DNA of 64,000 bases from contig NC_135660.1 of NCBI RefSeq assembly GCF_964188315.1, forward strand, positions 48,484,001-48,548,000, in the 5' to 3' direction. The notes below the pieces were generated by a model, which was not told the origin of the DNA, did no database searches, and was given only the letters and a program-made list of their open reading frames with translations. The first letter of the stretch is position 1, and each line of letters starts with the position of its first letter. The position numbers were made by a program, and so were the translations under genes. Source of the DNA: Podarcis muralis (taxonomy: Eukaryota). Below, piece after piece: positions 37,511 through 48,908 of the stretch.

Positions 37511-38879
37511 GACTTCCTGGATGTTCCTGGACACAGAGCAACTGCCGTAGAAAACAGCAATTCCACACTGGAAACGGCAATTCCCTTCCCCTCCCCACAA
37601 TGCCTCAGCATGGTTAACGTCTTGACAGTTCTAGGTAAATAAAATGGAAACTGTCAGGAACAGCCTTATGAGTTCAGCCGGCGCCAGGGAGAGGCTAGCC
37701 ACCTGCCCAAACTACAGAAATGGGTGTCAGTGGGAGTCTCCATCACATCCATTCATTCTCTGGGCATTTGTTTTTTAATGAAGTAAAATGGACCCCGTTC
37801 AGTTTAATTTTTCAACTTCAATGGATTTTGTATGGGGACTGATTTGTAAATCCGGGGGCTGTCCCCAGGAAATGGGGATGTCTGGTAACCTTACTCTGAA
37901 ATGATTGCACACTCCTTCTGTGCATTGGTTAGCAACTTACACATATGAATGGGAATGACTGAAGCAACACACTGCATTGTTCCGGTGTCTATTCACAGGA
38001 AACACATGAGCAGGTAGGCCACTCTGCAAACATTTCAAGCGTTGCTTGGAGACTGGACATGTGTGTGTGGAGCCTGTCACTGTGATTGCAATCTCTATCT
38101 CCCTTTACACAGTGAAAATCTAGATAGGGGTTCTCTTCTGCCCCACAGCTTTTGACATCTGACAACCAATGGCTGAAGTTCTAGAAACAGCAGCCTAAAA
38201 GTAATGTTGTCTTCATGCAGTACATACTAGAAGAAAACACAGAAAAGTTCAAATGAATAGAGAGAAAGAAGAATTGGTGTGCAGGTATGTGGTAATATTT
38301 CCAGAATCATTAACAGCAGGAGAGTATGAGAAAGAGATCTCTTTCCAAAAATGGCATGTAATTGTACCGCAGCTCAAGCTGTCTGACCTAGTTCAAAATG
38401 ATCTTTATCACTATTGGTTTCCTGTATCCTCTCTAAAAAGCAATTAAATATTACATATCTTTCTGGTTGTCCCTACTAAACTGAAGCAGAAATGAGGGGG
38501 AAAACCTCAGTGATTGCTATTACAGAAGAAAGTGTTATATATTTTTCAGATTGTGTACTGAAAACTATATTAGTGATTTGGTAACTGCAGCATGCCCACA
38601 GATTGCTTACTAGAAGAAGGCCCTGGCCAGAGAAGGAGCAGGATTGGCAGGCTCTGTGGTTTGTTCTAGACCCCAATATGTACACCTTGGTGCAATGGGA
38701 CTTGTGGAATGTTGCAGGCTGCTTGGCATTACAACAGGAACCAGTTTGCTGACAGGGCAGAAGTCCAATACTCCTCTCAGTAGAATGAGCAGGAGACCCT
38801 CCAAATGCAGTAGGAGGGCTAGAAATGCAGGAGGGCTAGTGCAGTATTGCACATAAGGTGTACCCCAGAGTCAAAGAAT

Positions 38880-39040
38880 GAAGCTACACATCTGCAAATA
38901 AAACATTTTAAATGTGTTGTAATGTGCAATATACAAATGTCACACTAGATGGTGACAATGAGCTATGCCAAATTCAATGTATTTTTCAAAGCATTTTTAA
39001 AAGCATTTTCACAACGTTTTTTATATGTATGTAGATTCCA
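38880..39040. repeat. Unclassified interspersed repeat, second copy at about 61450-61640
   Basis: Both share agctacaca.ctgcaaata...cactagatg...gcaaattcaat...aagcattttcaca...tagattccacct. Confidence 0.55.
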
Positions 39041-39263
39041 CCTAACACTACCCAACTGCTGTAGTGAAAAGGAACCAAGGGTTACAGAGACAGGGAAATC
39101 TCTGCATAAACTGCTTTTATTGTGTAACCAGGGCAACAGGATCACCTACTCTTTGCTGTTTTTCTGTATGTTAGCGACTTTATGTCAACTGCAGATTTCA
39201 TCTACACATACTTATTTCCTTGCCAGTGCTTCTTTCTCATTGTTTACTCCTAGGTAAGTGGAT

Positions 39264-40169
39264 TATTGTTTACTGCTTATTGTCCCCCTGCTTATTTAAC
39301 TTATATGCAGAATTCATCATGCGAAAGGCTGGGCTGGATGAATCCCAAGCCGGAATTAAGATCGCCGGAAGAAATATCAACAACCTCAGATATGCAGATG
39401 ACACAACCTTGATGGCAGAAAGTGAGGAGGAATTAAAGAACCTTTTAATGAGGGTGAAAGAGGAGAGCGCAAAATATGGTCTGAAGCTCAACATCAAAAA
39501 AACGAAGATCATGGCCACTGGTCCCATCACCTCCTGGCAAATAGAAGGGGAAGAAATGGAGGCAGTGAGAGATTTTATTTTCTTGGGCTCCATGATCACT
39601 GCAGATGGTGACAGCAGTCACGAAATTAAAAGACGCCTGCTCCTTGGGAGAAAGGCGATGGCAAATCTAGACAACATCTTAAAAAGTAGAGACATCACCT
39701 TACCAACAAAGGTCCGTATAGTTAAAGCCTTGGTTTTCCCAGTAGTGATGTATGGAAGTGAGAGCTGGACCATAAAGAAGGCTGATCGCCGAAGAATTGA
39801 TGCTTTTGAATTATGGTGCTGGAGGAGACTCTTGAGAGTCCCATGGACTGCAAGAAGATCAAACGCATCCATTCTTAAGGAAATCAGACCTGAGTGCTCA
39901 CTGGAAGGACAGATCGTGAAGTTGAGGCTCCAATACTTTGGCCACCTCATGAGAAGAGAAGACTCCCTGGAAAAGACCCTGATGTTGGGAAAGATGGAGG
40001 GCACAAGGAGAAGGGGACGACAGAGGATGAGATGGTTGGATAGTGTTCTCGAAGCTACAAACATGAGCCTGACCAAACTGCGGGAGGCGGTGGAAGACAG
40101 GAGTGCCTGGCGTGCTCTGGTCCATGGGGTCACGAAGAGTCGGACACGACTAAACGACTAAACAACAAC
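39264..40169 (+). mobile_element. 5'-truncated BovB (about 0.9 kb, RT C-terminal frame still open)
   Basis: Near identical to 13060-13945; 8-bp TSD aagtggat (39256-63, 40170-77); about 16 extra nt at the 5' junction. Confidence 0.96.
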
Positions 40170-41102
40170 AAGTGGATATCAGATTGTGGGCATCAAAGGA
40201 CCTTACCAAGGCAGCTTTTCTGTTGATGCTCAAGTTGCACTGCAGATTCAAGTCTCCGTGATCAACCCTCAGGAATGCAAAAACATCCTTTATATAAGAA
40301 CATGGAAATAAAATATTTGTACCCTACTGAATCTATTCACTTCTATTTGATATACCTCGTATGCCGCTGAAAAGCTGGTTTGGTTTATGGGTAGGAGAAC
40401 AAAGAGCACATAATTATATGGTAGGCGTACAATAACATGATATTACAATAACGTGCAGCTATATGTGAGAATCTGATTTTATGAAATAAGTGAAATTACA
40501 TCCATCACCTTTATCCAATTATACTATGGAAAAATCTGATTCTAATTTTCCTTCTGAGTTTGATCGTACTGAATTTGATCATCTAGCAAGCAATAGTTTT
40601 AGTCTCATGGCTGATGTAATGATTATAGAAAATTGTCCAGTGAATGCCACTATTTCTACTCCTTGATTATCAGATTTTAAAATTGGACCATTTACTGCAG
40701 TCTCTGACTCATTAAAATATTGTCTTCAATATCCATCTCTTTATGTTCACAATAGGACCATCCCGCAATAGGGTCAATATGACAAGAAAATGGGCTTTTA
40801 TTCAGGCAGTGGTGACATTCACAGCTAAAATATTAATATACTTTTTATAAAGGATTTTGACATTGCTGGTAGCTTTGCATTAATACTTTTCAGGACTGTG
40901 TGCTAATGGACTGATGTGAAGTTCATGTTGCATTAAGCCAACCTACACGACCAAAATGCTGTCGACAAAATTGTAAGCATCACTTTGTGCTGTATTTTTT
41001 TATACGGGCCTGAGCAAAGTCAATGGAATGAAATAATCCAGAATTTTGATGCCATCTAAATACCGTCTTTGTATTTGTATGTTAAGCCAAAGCTGTGAAA
41101 TA

Positions 41103-41329
41103 CAGTGGTACCTCTGGGTTAAGAACTTAATTCGTTCTGGAGGTCTGTTCTTAACCTGAAACTGTTCTCAACCTGAAGCACCACTTTAGCTAATGGGGCC
41201 TCCCGCTGTCGCCATGTCGCCAGAGCACGATTTCTGTTCTCATCCTGAAGCAAAGTTCTTAACCCGAGGTACTATTTCTGGGTTAGCGGAGTCTGTAACC
41301 TGAAGCGTCTGTAACCTGAGGTACCACTG
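41103..41329. mobile_element. Tc1/mariner MITE family A
   Basis: TA TSDs; cagtggtacctc / gaggtaccactg TIRs. Confidence 0.93.
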
Positions 41330-41628
41330 TAGCAAAATTAAGTAAAAAAACTCATTCATAAGATATTCCCATCACACACACAAAAGGTTTTAAGTGCTTA
41401 TGCTCACAATGTTAAGTAAATAAACCAGAAAATAACACTTGCAACTGTAAGTATCTTATTTTTCCTTCTTTTAATAATTTCAATGTAAGGGGGAGGGTGC
41501 CAATAAATTTTCCGCACCGGGTACCACCTGACCTTGCTAAGCCACTGAATTGACCTGGACTATAGGATGACCATGTTGATTGGGGCTGATGGTCATTGTA
41601 GTTCAATAACATCTTGAGTGCAGCATGT

Positions 41629-42026
41629 TAGAATCATAGAATCATAGAGTTGGAATAGACCACAAGGGCCATCGAGTCCAACCCCCTGCCAAGCAGGAAA
41701 CACCATCAGAGCACTCCTGACATATGGTTGTCAAGCCTCTGCTTAAAGACCTCCAAAGAAGGAGACTCCACCACACTCCTTGGCAGCAAATTCCACTGTC
41801 GAACAGCTCTTACTGTCAGGAAGTTCTTCCTAATGTTTAGGTGGAATCTTCTTTCTTGTAGTTTGGATCCATTGCTCTGTGTCCGCTTCTCTGGAGCAGC
41901 AGAAAACAACCTTTCTCCCTCCTCTATATGACATCCTTTTATATATTTGAACATGGCTATCATATCACCCCTTAACCTCCTCTTCTCCAGGCTAAACATG
42001 CCCAGCTCCCTTAGCCGTTCCTCATA
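41629..42026 (-). mobile_element. Young 5'-truncated CR1 LINE
   Basis: (tagaatca)n tail; open ORF2 C-terminus FSLEKRRLRGDMIAMFKYIKG...RKNFLTVRAVRQWNLLPRSVVESPSLEVFKQRLD (41706-41999); atgtt on both flanks; inserted into an old hairpin MITE. Confidence 0.95.
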
Positions 42027-43595
42027 ATGTTGTTTCCCCCGGTCTATAGCAAGCTGTCCTTCAAATTATATTTAATTTTCCATTGTTATAGGGAATGTAG
42101 GTCCTTGTTTGAAAAGCTTCTATCTCACCAGAATCTGTGCATCAGTGTTTGGGGGGGGGCAGGTAATAACAACAGATCTAAAACTAGCACCCAGAGTAAA
42201 AAATAATTGGAATAATTGGACTGGAAGTAACAAATAGATGCTAAAGGCTTATTTTGCATCATTTAAATGCCAGAATAATAAATTAATAATAATCAAACTC
42301 TTCGTGGTGCATCTGTTGTAGCTAAGTGACAAAATCAATGTATTATTTTAGGTCCAGCATCTCTGGAGATACAACAGAGGGGCAGCTCCCTTGCTCCCTC
42401 ACCCCCCCCCCCAAATCCAGGATCCAGGACATAATATTCTCCCATCTGTTTGCTTGGAAGTGAAAGCAAAGGAGTAGCTTTGAATGTCTCAAAGTTAAAC
42501 AGATTCTCCCTCTATATAGGGACTCTGAGGCTTAATGAGAGATAGACTATTATAATTAAGTTCATCTCATCTGCTGTTAACTAACAGTATCATCATGGGA
42601 TTAATTTACTGCCTCTTACTATCAAAAGTAAACTAAAAGCAAGATGCTTATAATTTCATAACTGCAAAAATTATGCCATGCATACACTGGGCTCTTAAAG
42701 TTATTATACTTCCTTTATGGTTGCAAAAGCATGAATGTCTAATTTCCTCTGTAATAAAAAGCATACACATTGTGTGCTATTTCCACTACTGAGCGCAAAA
42801 GAAAACTTGTAATAAAACGTCCAGTCTGGTACTATGTGTACCCACTTGTGATGAATGGTTTGATTAAGCCTTGTCTGTCTTACAATATGATTAAGAGAAC
42901 TAGGTTATTAGAAAAAGGGACACAATAAAGATGAATGCCCTTTTCCAAGTGAAGCTCTGAATTTCCCCATGAATATTGATTTAAAAGATAGGATGCAGGG
43001 GAGCTCCATGGGATAAAGTGTGAATCAACATATACCAGTTATTTGTGTTAATCCAGGGGAAGACCTGAGCTAACCTATACCCTGGTTGGTTAGAATAACT
43101 AGCCTGAAAAACACCAACTTCTGATTTTGTCAGCCTGGTGAAATATGAGCACTTATTTGCAACAAAGCTGACAGAAAATCAAGATGCTGAGGGACCTGAG
43201 CCAAGACAAACAGGATCACCTGAACTTGCCAGATGCATTTTATCAACTATTGCAACTTGTTCTAGGACACGCTGTGCCATAGCATGTAGTGAATGACTAC
43301 TATTTCAGAAAACTGTGTATTTACAGGTTAATTTTATGCTTGGTTATGTGGAAACAAGACCTGCAAGGTTCAAGCCATCGGTGAGGCTTGCTCCTTAAAA
43401 GTGGTGCGATCTTGTCCCCAGGATTGTGGATGCCTGCCACAGCAACATGTACATGCCATGTCACACACGCATGCCTGCATGTAGTGCGTGTGACATCATG
43501 CATCGGCAGCTGGGGGTCATTTGGAGGTGTGCAAAATGTTTGCCGCCTGCATGAGCATAGCAGCTTATGGCATGCAGAATGGAGAGTTATGCATA

Positions 43596-43837
43596 CAGTG
43601 GTACCTCGGGTTAAGTACTTAATTCGTTCCAGAGGTCCGTACTTAACCCGAAACTGTTCTTAACCTGAAGCACCAATTTACCTAATGGGGCTTCCTGCTG
43701 CCGCTGTGCCACCGCTGCACGATTTCTGTTCTCATCCTGAAGCAAAGTTCTTAACCCGAGGTACTATTTCTGGGTTAGCGGAGTCTGTAACCTGAAGCGT
43801 ATATAACCTGAAGCGTATGTAACCCGAGGTACCACTG
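43596..43837. mobile_element. Tc1/mariner MITE family A
   Basis: TA TSDs; perfect 18-bp TIR cagtggtacctcgggtta. Confidence 0.93.
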
Positions 43838-45052
43838 TATCTGGATTACATTAAAATGTACACTGTAGTGTGAGTGTGCATCTGATGCAGGTATCTTCTC
43901 ACACAGACACTCACAGGATGTCTGCTACACACCTGGACTCATTAATTGCTTAGGGTTCTGGTGATTTTCTGCAGGTGCAGAAAATATACCCACGCCAATT
44001 AGCCATGTTACCATTCCCATTTCTATGCACAGAACTATCATTAAGCAAAACTGATGCAAACATTCCATCTCCCCCTCCAACATCAGGTTAGGTAAGATAG
44101 TAGTCTGTTTGCAAATGACTTTAGGTCATTTTTATTACAGGATATTTTATTTCAGTTCCCTGTCCTGTTTTGGGAAAAAGGGAAAGCCATCAGGGAAGGG
44201 GTATGCTCTGCCTCTACATGCACACAAAAATTCACAAACACAAATCAGCAGTTTTTGTTGCGAACTGCTGTGAAAAGCAGCAACCAACAGCTAGTCAACT
44301 TTGAAAACATATTAAGAATGGGGGCGGGGGAAGCTTAGATTTGCTTAATAGTCCATGCTTTAAAAAATGAATAAATCAATGTTTCTTTCAAAGGCACATA
44401 ATCCATCTACTGCTCTGCAAGCCACTTTATAAGGGGGCAAGCAAAAACCAAATTCATTTTTAAGATCTAAAGGTCTATTTTCCATAATTTGAAGCCTGAT
44501 AATATCAGTTGTTGATAAGTATCCCCCTTCATTTCTGCAGAGGAGACAAAGCACTGATTAAATATGCACACTATGTTCAGAAATTGTATATAAATTACAA
44601 TTACCCATATTAGCGCTAATGTTACTTAAATGCTGACCTGACAGAAATATCAATGCTAGTCATATTGTTTTTATGTTACAGTATTAAAATAATAAACACT
44701 TTTCCAATCTGCAATATGAGATGTGATTCACTAATCTAGAAAATTAGATTTCTCCAAGATCATAGATTATATTTGCCAAATGCAAAAAAATTGTGTGTTT
44801 TTTTCTTTTTTAAAGAAAAAAAATGAGAGAATAATGCAGGATAATCTAATATGAAAGGCTATTATCCACTCGTTCGTGAATGGGTTTGACAAATGTCATT
44901 TGGCCAACCCATTTGTTTTCATTTTTACATTGAAAATTCCTTTCTCAACAGTGGAATTTTTTGTGGTTGTCGAATGTAGCACATAATGTGAAGAAACTGT
45001 TTCACTGTGTTTGGTGTGATGAAAGGACACAGGGAGGTGCGCAGGAAGCCCT

Positions 45053-45540
45053 GAAGGTTGCCATATGTCCAGAAAATCCTGGACATGTCCTATTTGGAGG
45101 GGGCTGCACCCCCATCTGGGTTTTGTTTTTGTTTTTTGTTTTTTTGCCTTTTAAAGGAATATCTGACTTGGGGGAGGGAGTATTTATTTATTTCCAGCTC
45201 TGGGTGGCAATGGCTGCGAAGGAAGCCGCCCCCGTCACTGCTTCTCTTTCCTGCATGGAGTCCAAAGTTTGTGAGTAGTGGAGGGGCTGGGAGCACTAGA
45301 GGCAGCAGTGGCAGGTCCTCCTGGCAAGAGACCTGGGTGCAACTGCCAAGTGCCCACCTCTTGCCTGTCGTGCGATTGGTAGATAATGGCAATTGGTGGT
45401 TGTGGATGGTAGGGGGTGGAGCTCCCCTCAAAAAGCTCAATAACTTCTCTGGCTATCTTCGCAAAAAAGGTTAGGAACTTCTCTGGTGATCTCCCCCCAA
45501 AAATTTGTTGATGCTAACTTCATAAAATATGGCAACCCTA
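45053..45540. mobile_element. Old hAT (Blackjack-like) non-autonomous element
   Basis: ggttgccatat / atatggcaacccta termini with subterminal ggaca/tgtcc motifs; TSD not recognisable. Confidence 0.55.
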
Positions 45541-45767
45541 TGTGTGGTGTAGACTCGTAATCTGGTGAACCAGGTTCGCGTCCCCGCTCCTCCACATGCA
45601 GCTGCTGGGTGACCTTGAGCCAGTCACACTTCTTTGAAGTCTCTCAGCCTCACTCACCTCACAGAGTGTTTGTTGTGGGGAAGGAAGGGAAAGGAGATGT
45701 TAGCCGCTTTGGGACTCCTTAGGGTAGTGATAAAGCGGGATATCAAATCCAAACTCTCTTCTTCTTC
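45541..45767 (+). mobile_element. Squam3-type (MIR/CORE-derived) SINE with a deletion in the tRNA head
   Basis: B-box ggttcgcgtccc; CORE gctgggtgaccttgagccagtcac; (TCT)n tail; lacks about 16 nt of the A-box region compared with 46456-46782. Confidence 0.85.
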
Positions 45768-45795
45768 CCTACCTGAGATGATTGTTTAACAAGAC

Positions 45796-45926
45796 CAGGC
45801 ATAGGCAAACTCGGCCCTCCAGATGTTTTGGGACTACAACTCCCATCATCCCTAGCCAAAAGGACCAGTGGGATGATGGGAGTTGTAGTCCCAAAACATC
45901 TGGAGGGCCGAGTTTGCCTATGCCTG
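45796..45926. mobile_element. Perfectly palindromic hAT MITE (131 bp)
   Basis: 57-bp perfect inverted arms, 17-nt loop, perfect 8-bp TSD aacaagac. Confidence 0.95.
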
Positions 45927-46455
45927 AACAAGACGAATCAACAACTCTGCTCATGGAAGAGACTTCCAATTGCACAATGGAACATCCCTTTTCAACTCAC
46001 AGTGCATGCCCAAAATCTGTTCCAGAGGTTTGGGAGGCCCTTAAGAGAAAATTTTGTCAGCACATGGGAGAGGAGAAGTGGAAGTCCTGCTTCTGTGTGG
46101 AGCTCTACACAATATCAGCTACACCCTTATGATTAGAGTTCCCGACTCTTCACATTTTAGCAAATAGCAATTGTAAGAGTGGGTTAGATTATAAGAATTA
46201 GATCAGTACTTCAGCATCACGTAAAGGGGGGCAATTTTCATTTAAATAACAGTGCTGGAGGAAATGGTTAAAAGAAACCCTACAGCACTATGGTCTAAAC
46301 TTGAATCATCTCGAATTGTGGCTGCTTTCTTTATTCCTTCCATAATATTTATATAGCACACATTGGGGGTGTGGGGTTGAGTCACAATGGTAATAGTAGC
46401 AAAAGTAGCTGCAGCAATAATAATAATGCTAAAAACAACTAGTAACCTAATTCAC

Positions 46456-46782
46456 AGAAGAAGAAGAAGAAGAAGAAGAAGAAGAAGAAGAAGAAGAAGA
46501 AGAAGAAGAAGAAGAAGAAGAAGAGGAGGAGGAGGAGGAGGAGGAGGAGTTTGGATTTGATATCCCGTTTTATCACTACCCGAAGGAGTCTCAAAGCGGC
46601 TAACATTCTCCTTTCCCTTCCTCCCCCTCAACAAACACTCTGTGAGGTGAGTGAGGCTGAGAGACTTCAGAGAAGTGTAACTGGCCCAAGGTCACCCAGC
46701 AGCTGCATGTGGAGGAGCGGAGACACGAACCCGGTTCCCCAGATTGCAAGACTACTGCTCTTAACCACTACACCACACTGGC
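46456..46782 (-). mobile_element. Squam3-type SINE, full length, with expanded (GAA)n(GAG)n tail
   Basis: Head gccagtgtggtgtagtggttaagagc on the minus strand; tail microsatellite 46456-46548. Confidence 0.88.
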
Positions 46783-46809
46783 AGTAGAATATATCACTAT
46801 TGCATAAAC

Positions 46810-46937
46810 CAGGGTTGGGGGCCCTTGGCCCTCTATATGTTGCTGGACTCCCATCCCTCATCTTTGGCCAGGCTGGCCGAGGTTGATGGGATCTGGAATA
46901 CAACAACATCTGCAGGACCACAGCTTCCCCATCCCTG
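46810..46937. mobile_element. Decayed hairpin hAT MITE
   Basis: cagggttgggg / ccccatccctg; flanks gcataaac / gcttaaaa (6/8). Confidence 0.6.
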
Positions 46938-47116
46938 GCTTAAAAAGCCAAAATATCTCATAGGTTTACAAAAACAGTAGGGATGTATAGGACCTTCCTA
47001 TAGCCTAAGACTGTCCTCTGTAGTAACCTGTAGTTCAGTTCAATGTGTTGTTGGGGAAAACACAAGAGTCAGAAGAACAACAAGGTTTTACAACATTCAA
47101 AAAGTTATTTTAAATT

Positions 47117-47234
47117 AAGGTTGGGGCACCTGTGGTCCTCCAGATGTTATTGGACTCCAGCTCTTGTGAACCCCTAGCCAGCATGACCAATGGTTGGAGA
47201 CAATATCTGAAAGGCCACAAATCCCCCAGCCCTG
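47117..47234. mobile_element. Decayed hairpin hAT MITE
   Basis: aggttggggcacctgtggtcctccagatgtt...gaaaggccacaaatcccccagccctg. Confidence 0.55.
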
Positions 47235-47994
47235 CTTTAAATTATTATGCAATAATTTAGAGTTAAATGGAGCAGATCAATATCCAGGTTTCCAGACTAT
47301 TGCCTACTATAGGAGGCAATGATTAAACATTAAACTTCCTTGTTGTCTCTCTTTAGATCAAAGAGCAATCTTCTCTCTCTCTATCACATACACACACACA
47401 CACACACACACTTCATGCAGTGTATCTCCTTAGAGCTTTTAGATTCAATATTAGAGAAATTAAATATGCTTGCAATTACAGCCCATTATTCATGCAAACC
47501 ACTCAAACCTGGCTTAATGATATGCCATTCCTTAGATCCATATTCATACATTAGTGTTCCCCTCCTTTGATTAACACTGGGATCAAGACAATTAGTACAT
47601 TTTATTTGCAAAAAAATAAAGTGGAATATGCTTTCTTTGCTTTACTCCTTCTCCCTACGATGCATGTAAGTGTGCAGGCTAAGAGGGCATGATGTTCTGT
47701 TAGAGTATGCTGTCAGAATATATTGTGATTTGTTTTATTACTCAATATTGATCCAGGTGTTCCAATATAAAATCCATACATTCTTCTCCTTCCTCTTAAT
47801 ATTGGAAGCAGAAGGACAGAAAGAAATATCAGATTTGGCCATGTTGCTTTTCTAATCAGCTGAATATTCACTACTCAACACAAGTCAACAGTTGGAGATA
47901 AATACAAGAATCCTGTTCTTTAAATCCTGTTCTTTTGGGGCATATGAGGAGAAATGTCCTGCATATTAAATGGGACTTAAGATTGCTCAGGAAT

Positions 47995-48340
47995 GGGACG
48001 CGGGTGGCGCTGTGGGTTAAAGCCTCAGCGCCTAGGGCTTGCCGATCGAAAGGTCGGCGGTTCGAATCCCCGTGGCGGGGTGCGCTCCCGTTGCTCGGTC
48101 CCAGCGCCTGCCAACCTAGCAGTTCGAAAGCACCCTTAAGTGCAAGTAGATAAATAGGGACCGCTTTCTAGCGGGAAGGTAAACGGCGTTCTGTGTGCTG
48201 CGCTGGCTCGCCAGATGCAGCTTGTCACGCTGGCCACGTGACCCGGAAGTGTCTCCGGACAGCGCTGGCCCCCGGCCTCTTAAGTGAGATGGGCGCACAA
48301 CCCTAGAGTCTGTCAAGACTGGCAGGGGTACCTTTACCTT
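47995..48340 (+). mobile_element. Young full-length Sauria SINE
   Basis: A-box ggtggcgctgtgg; B-box ggttcgaatccc; CpG-rich; cctttacctt tail; 18-bp TSD ttaagattgctcag(g/a)aat (47977-94, 48341-58). Confidence 0.95.
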
Positions 48341-48442
48341 TTAAGATTGCTCAGAAATATGATCCAAGCAAAACAACCTACCGTTGTGTTCTCTCTTGGC
48401 TGTATAACATGAAACCAAACTCAAGTTGCTCTGCACCCCTCC

Positions 48443-48908
48443 TGTAGGGATATCGCGGAGTGGGGAGTGGGGTCCGGAGGGAGCACACTTCCCCACCAGC
48501 AGGCAGCCATGTCTGCCTGCACGCGTGACCTTGGGGTGCAGGGACCCCCCCCCCCAGACAAGCCACAGCTGTCTGGTACATCGTTCCACCTGTGTCTGAC
48601 CTTTTGCGGTCTCAGAAGTCAGCAGTGTCCTGTCTGTAACTTTTTCCTTAGAGACCTTTTGTCTCCATTCGTCATACATTGTGCAAGGGGAAAATGACGC
48701 TGTGGAACAGGTGCCAAAATAACTTTGTACCACCCCACGATTTCGGGACGGAAGATGTGTAAAGGTCACAGCCCAAAATGTATCTGCCTAGCTTGCATAT
48801 TTGTCTCAATAAAAGGAGGCTCCACAAGAATGGTGGTAGCTCGCTCGCTTCAGACCACCTGTGCGCAGCTCACATGATGATCAACACCTGTCTTGGGCCT
48901 TCACTTCA
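48443..48908 (+). mobile_element. Solo LTR (466 bp)
   Basis: TGTAGGG...CACTTCA; perfect 5-bp TSD cctcc (48438-42, 48909-13); AATAAA at 48808-13; GC- and CpG-rich relative to flanks; no PBS or PPT adjacent. Confidence 0.75.
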
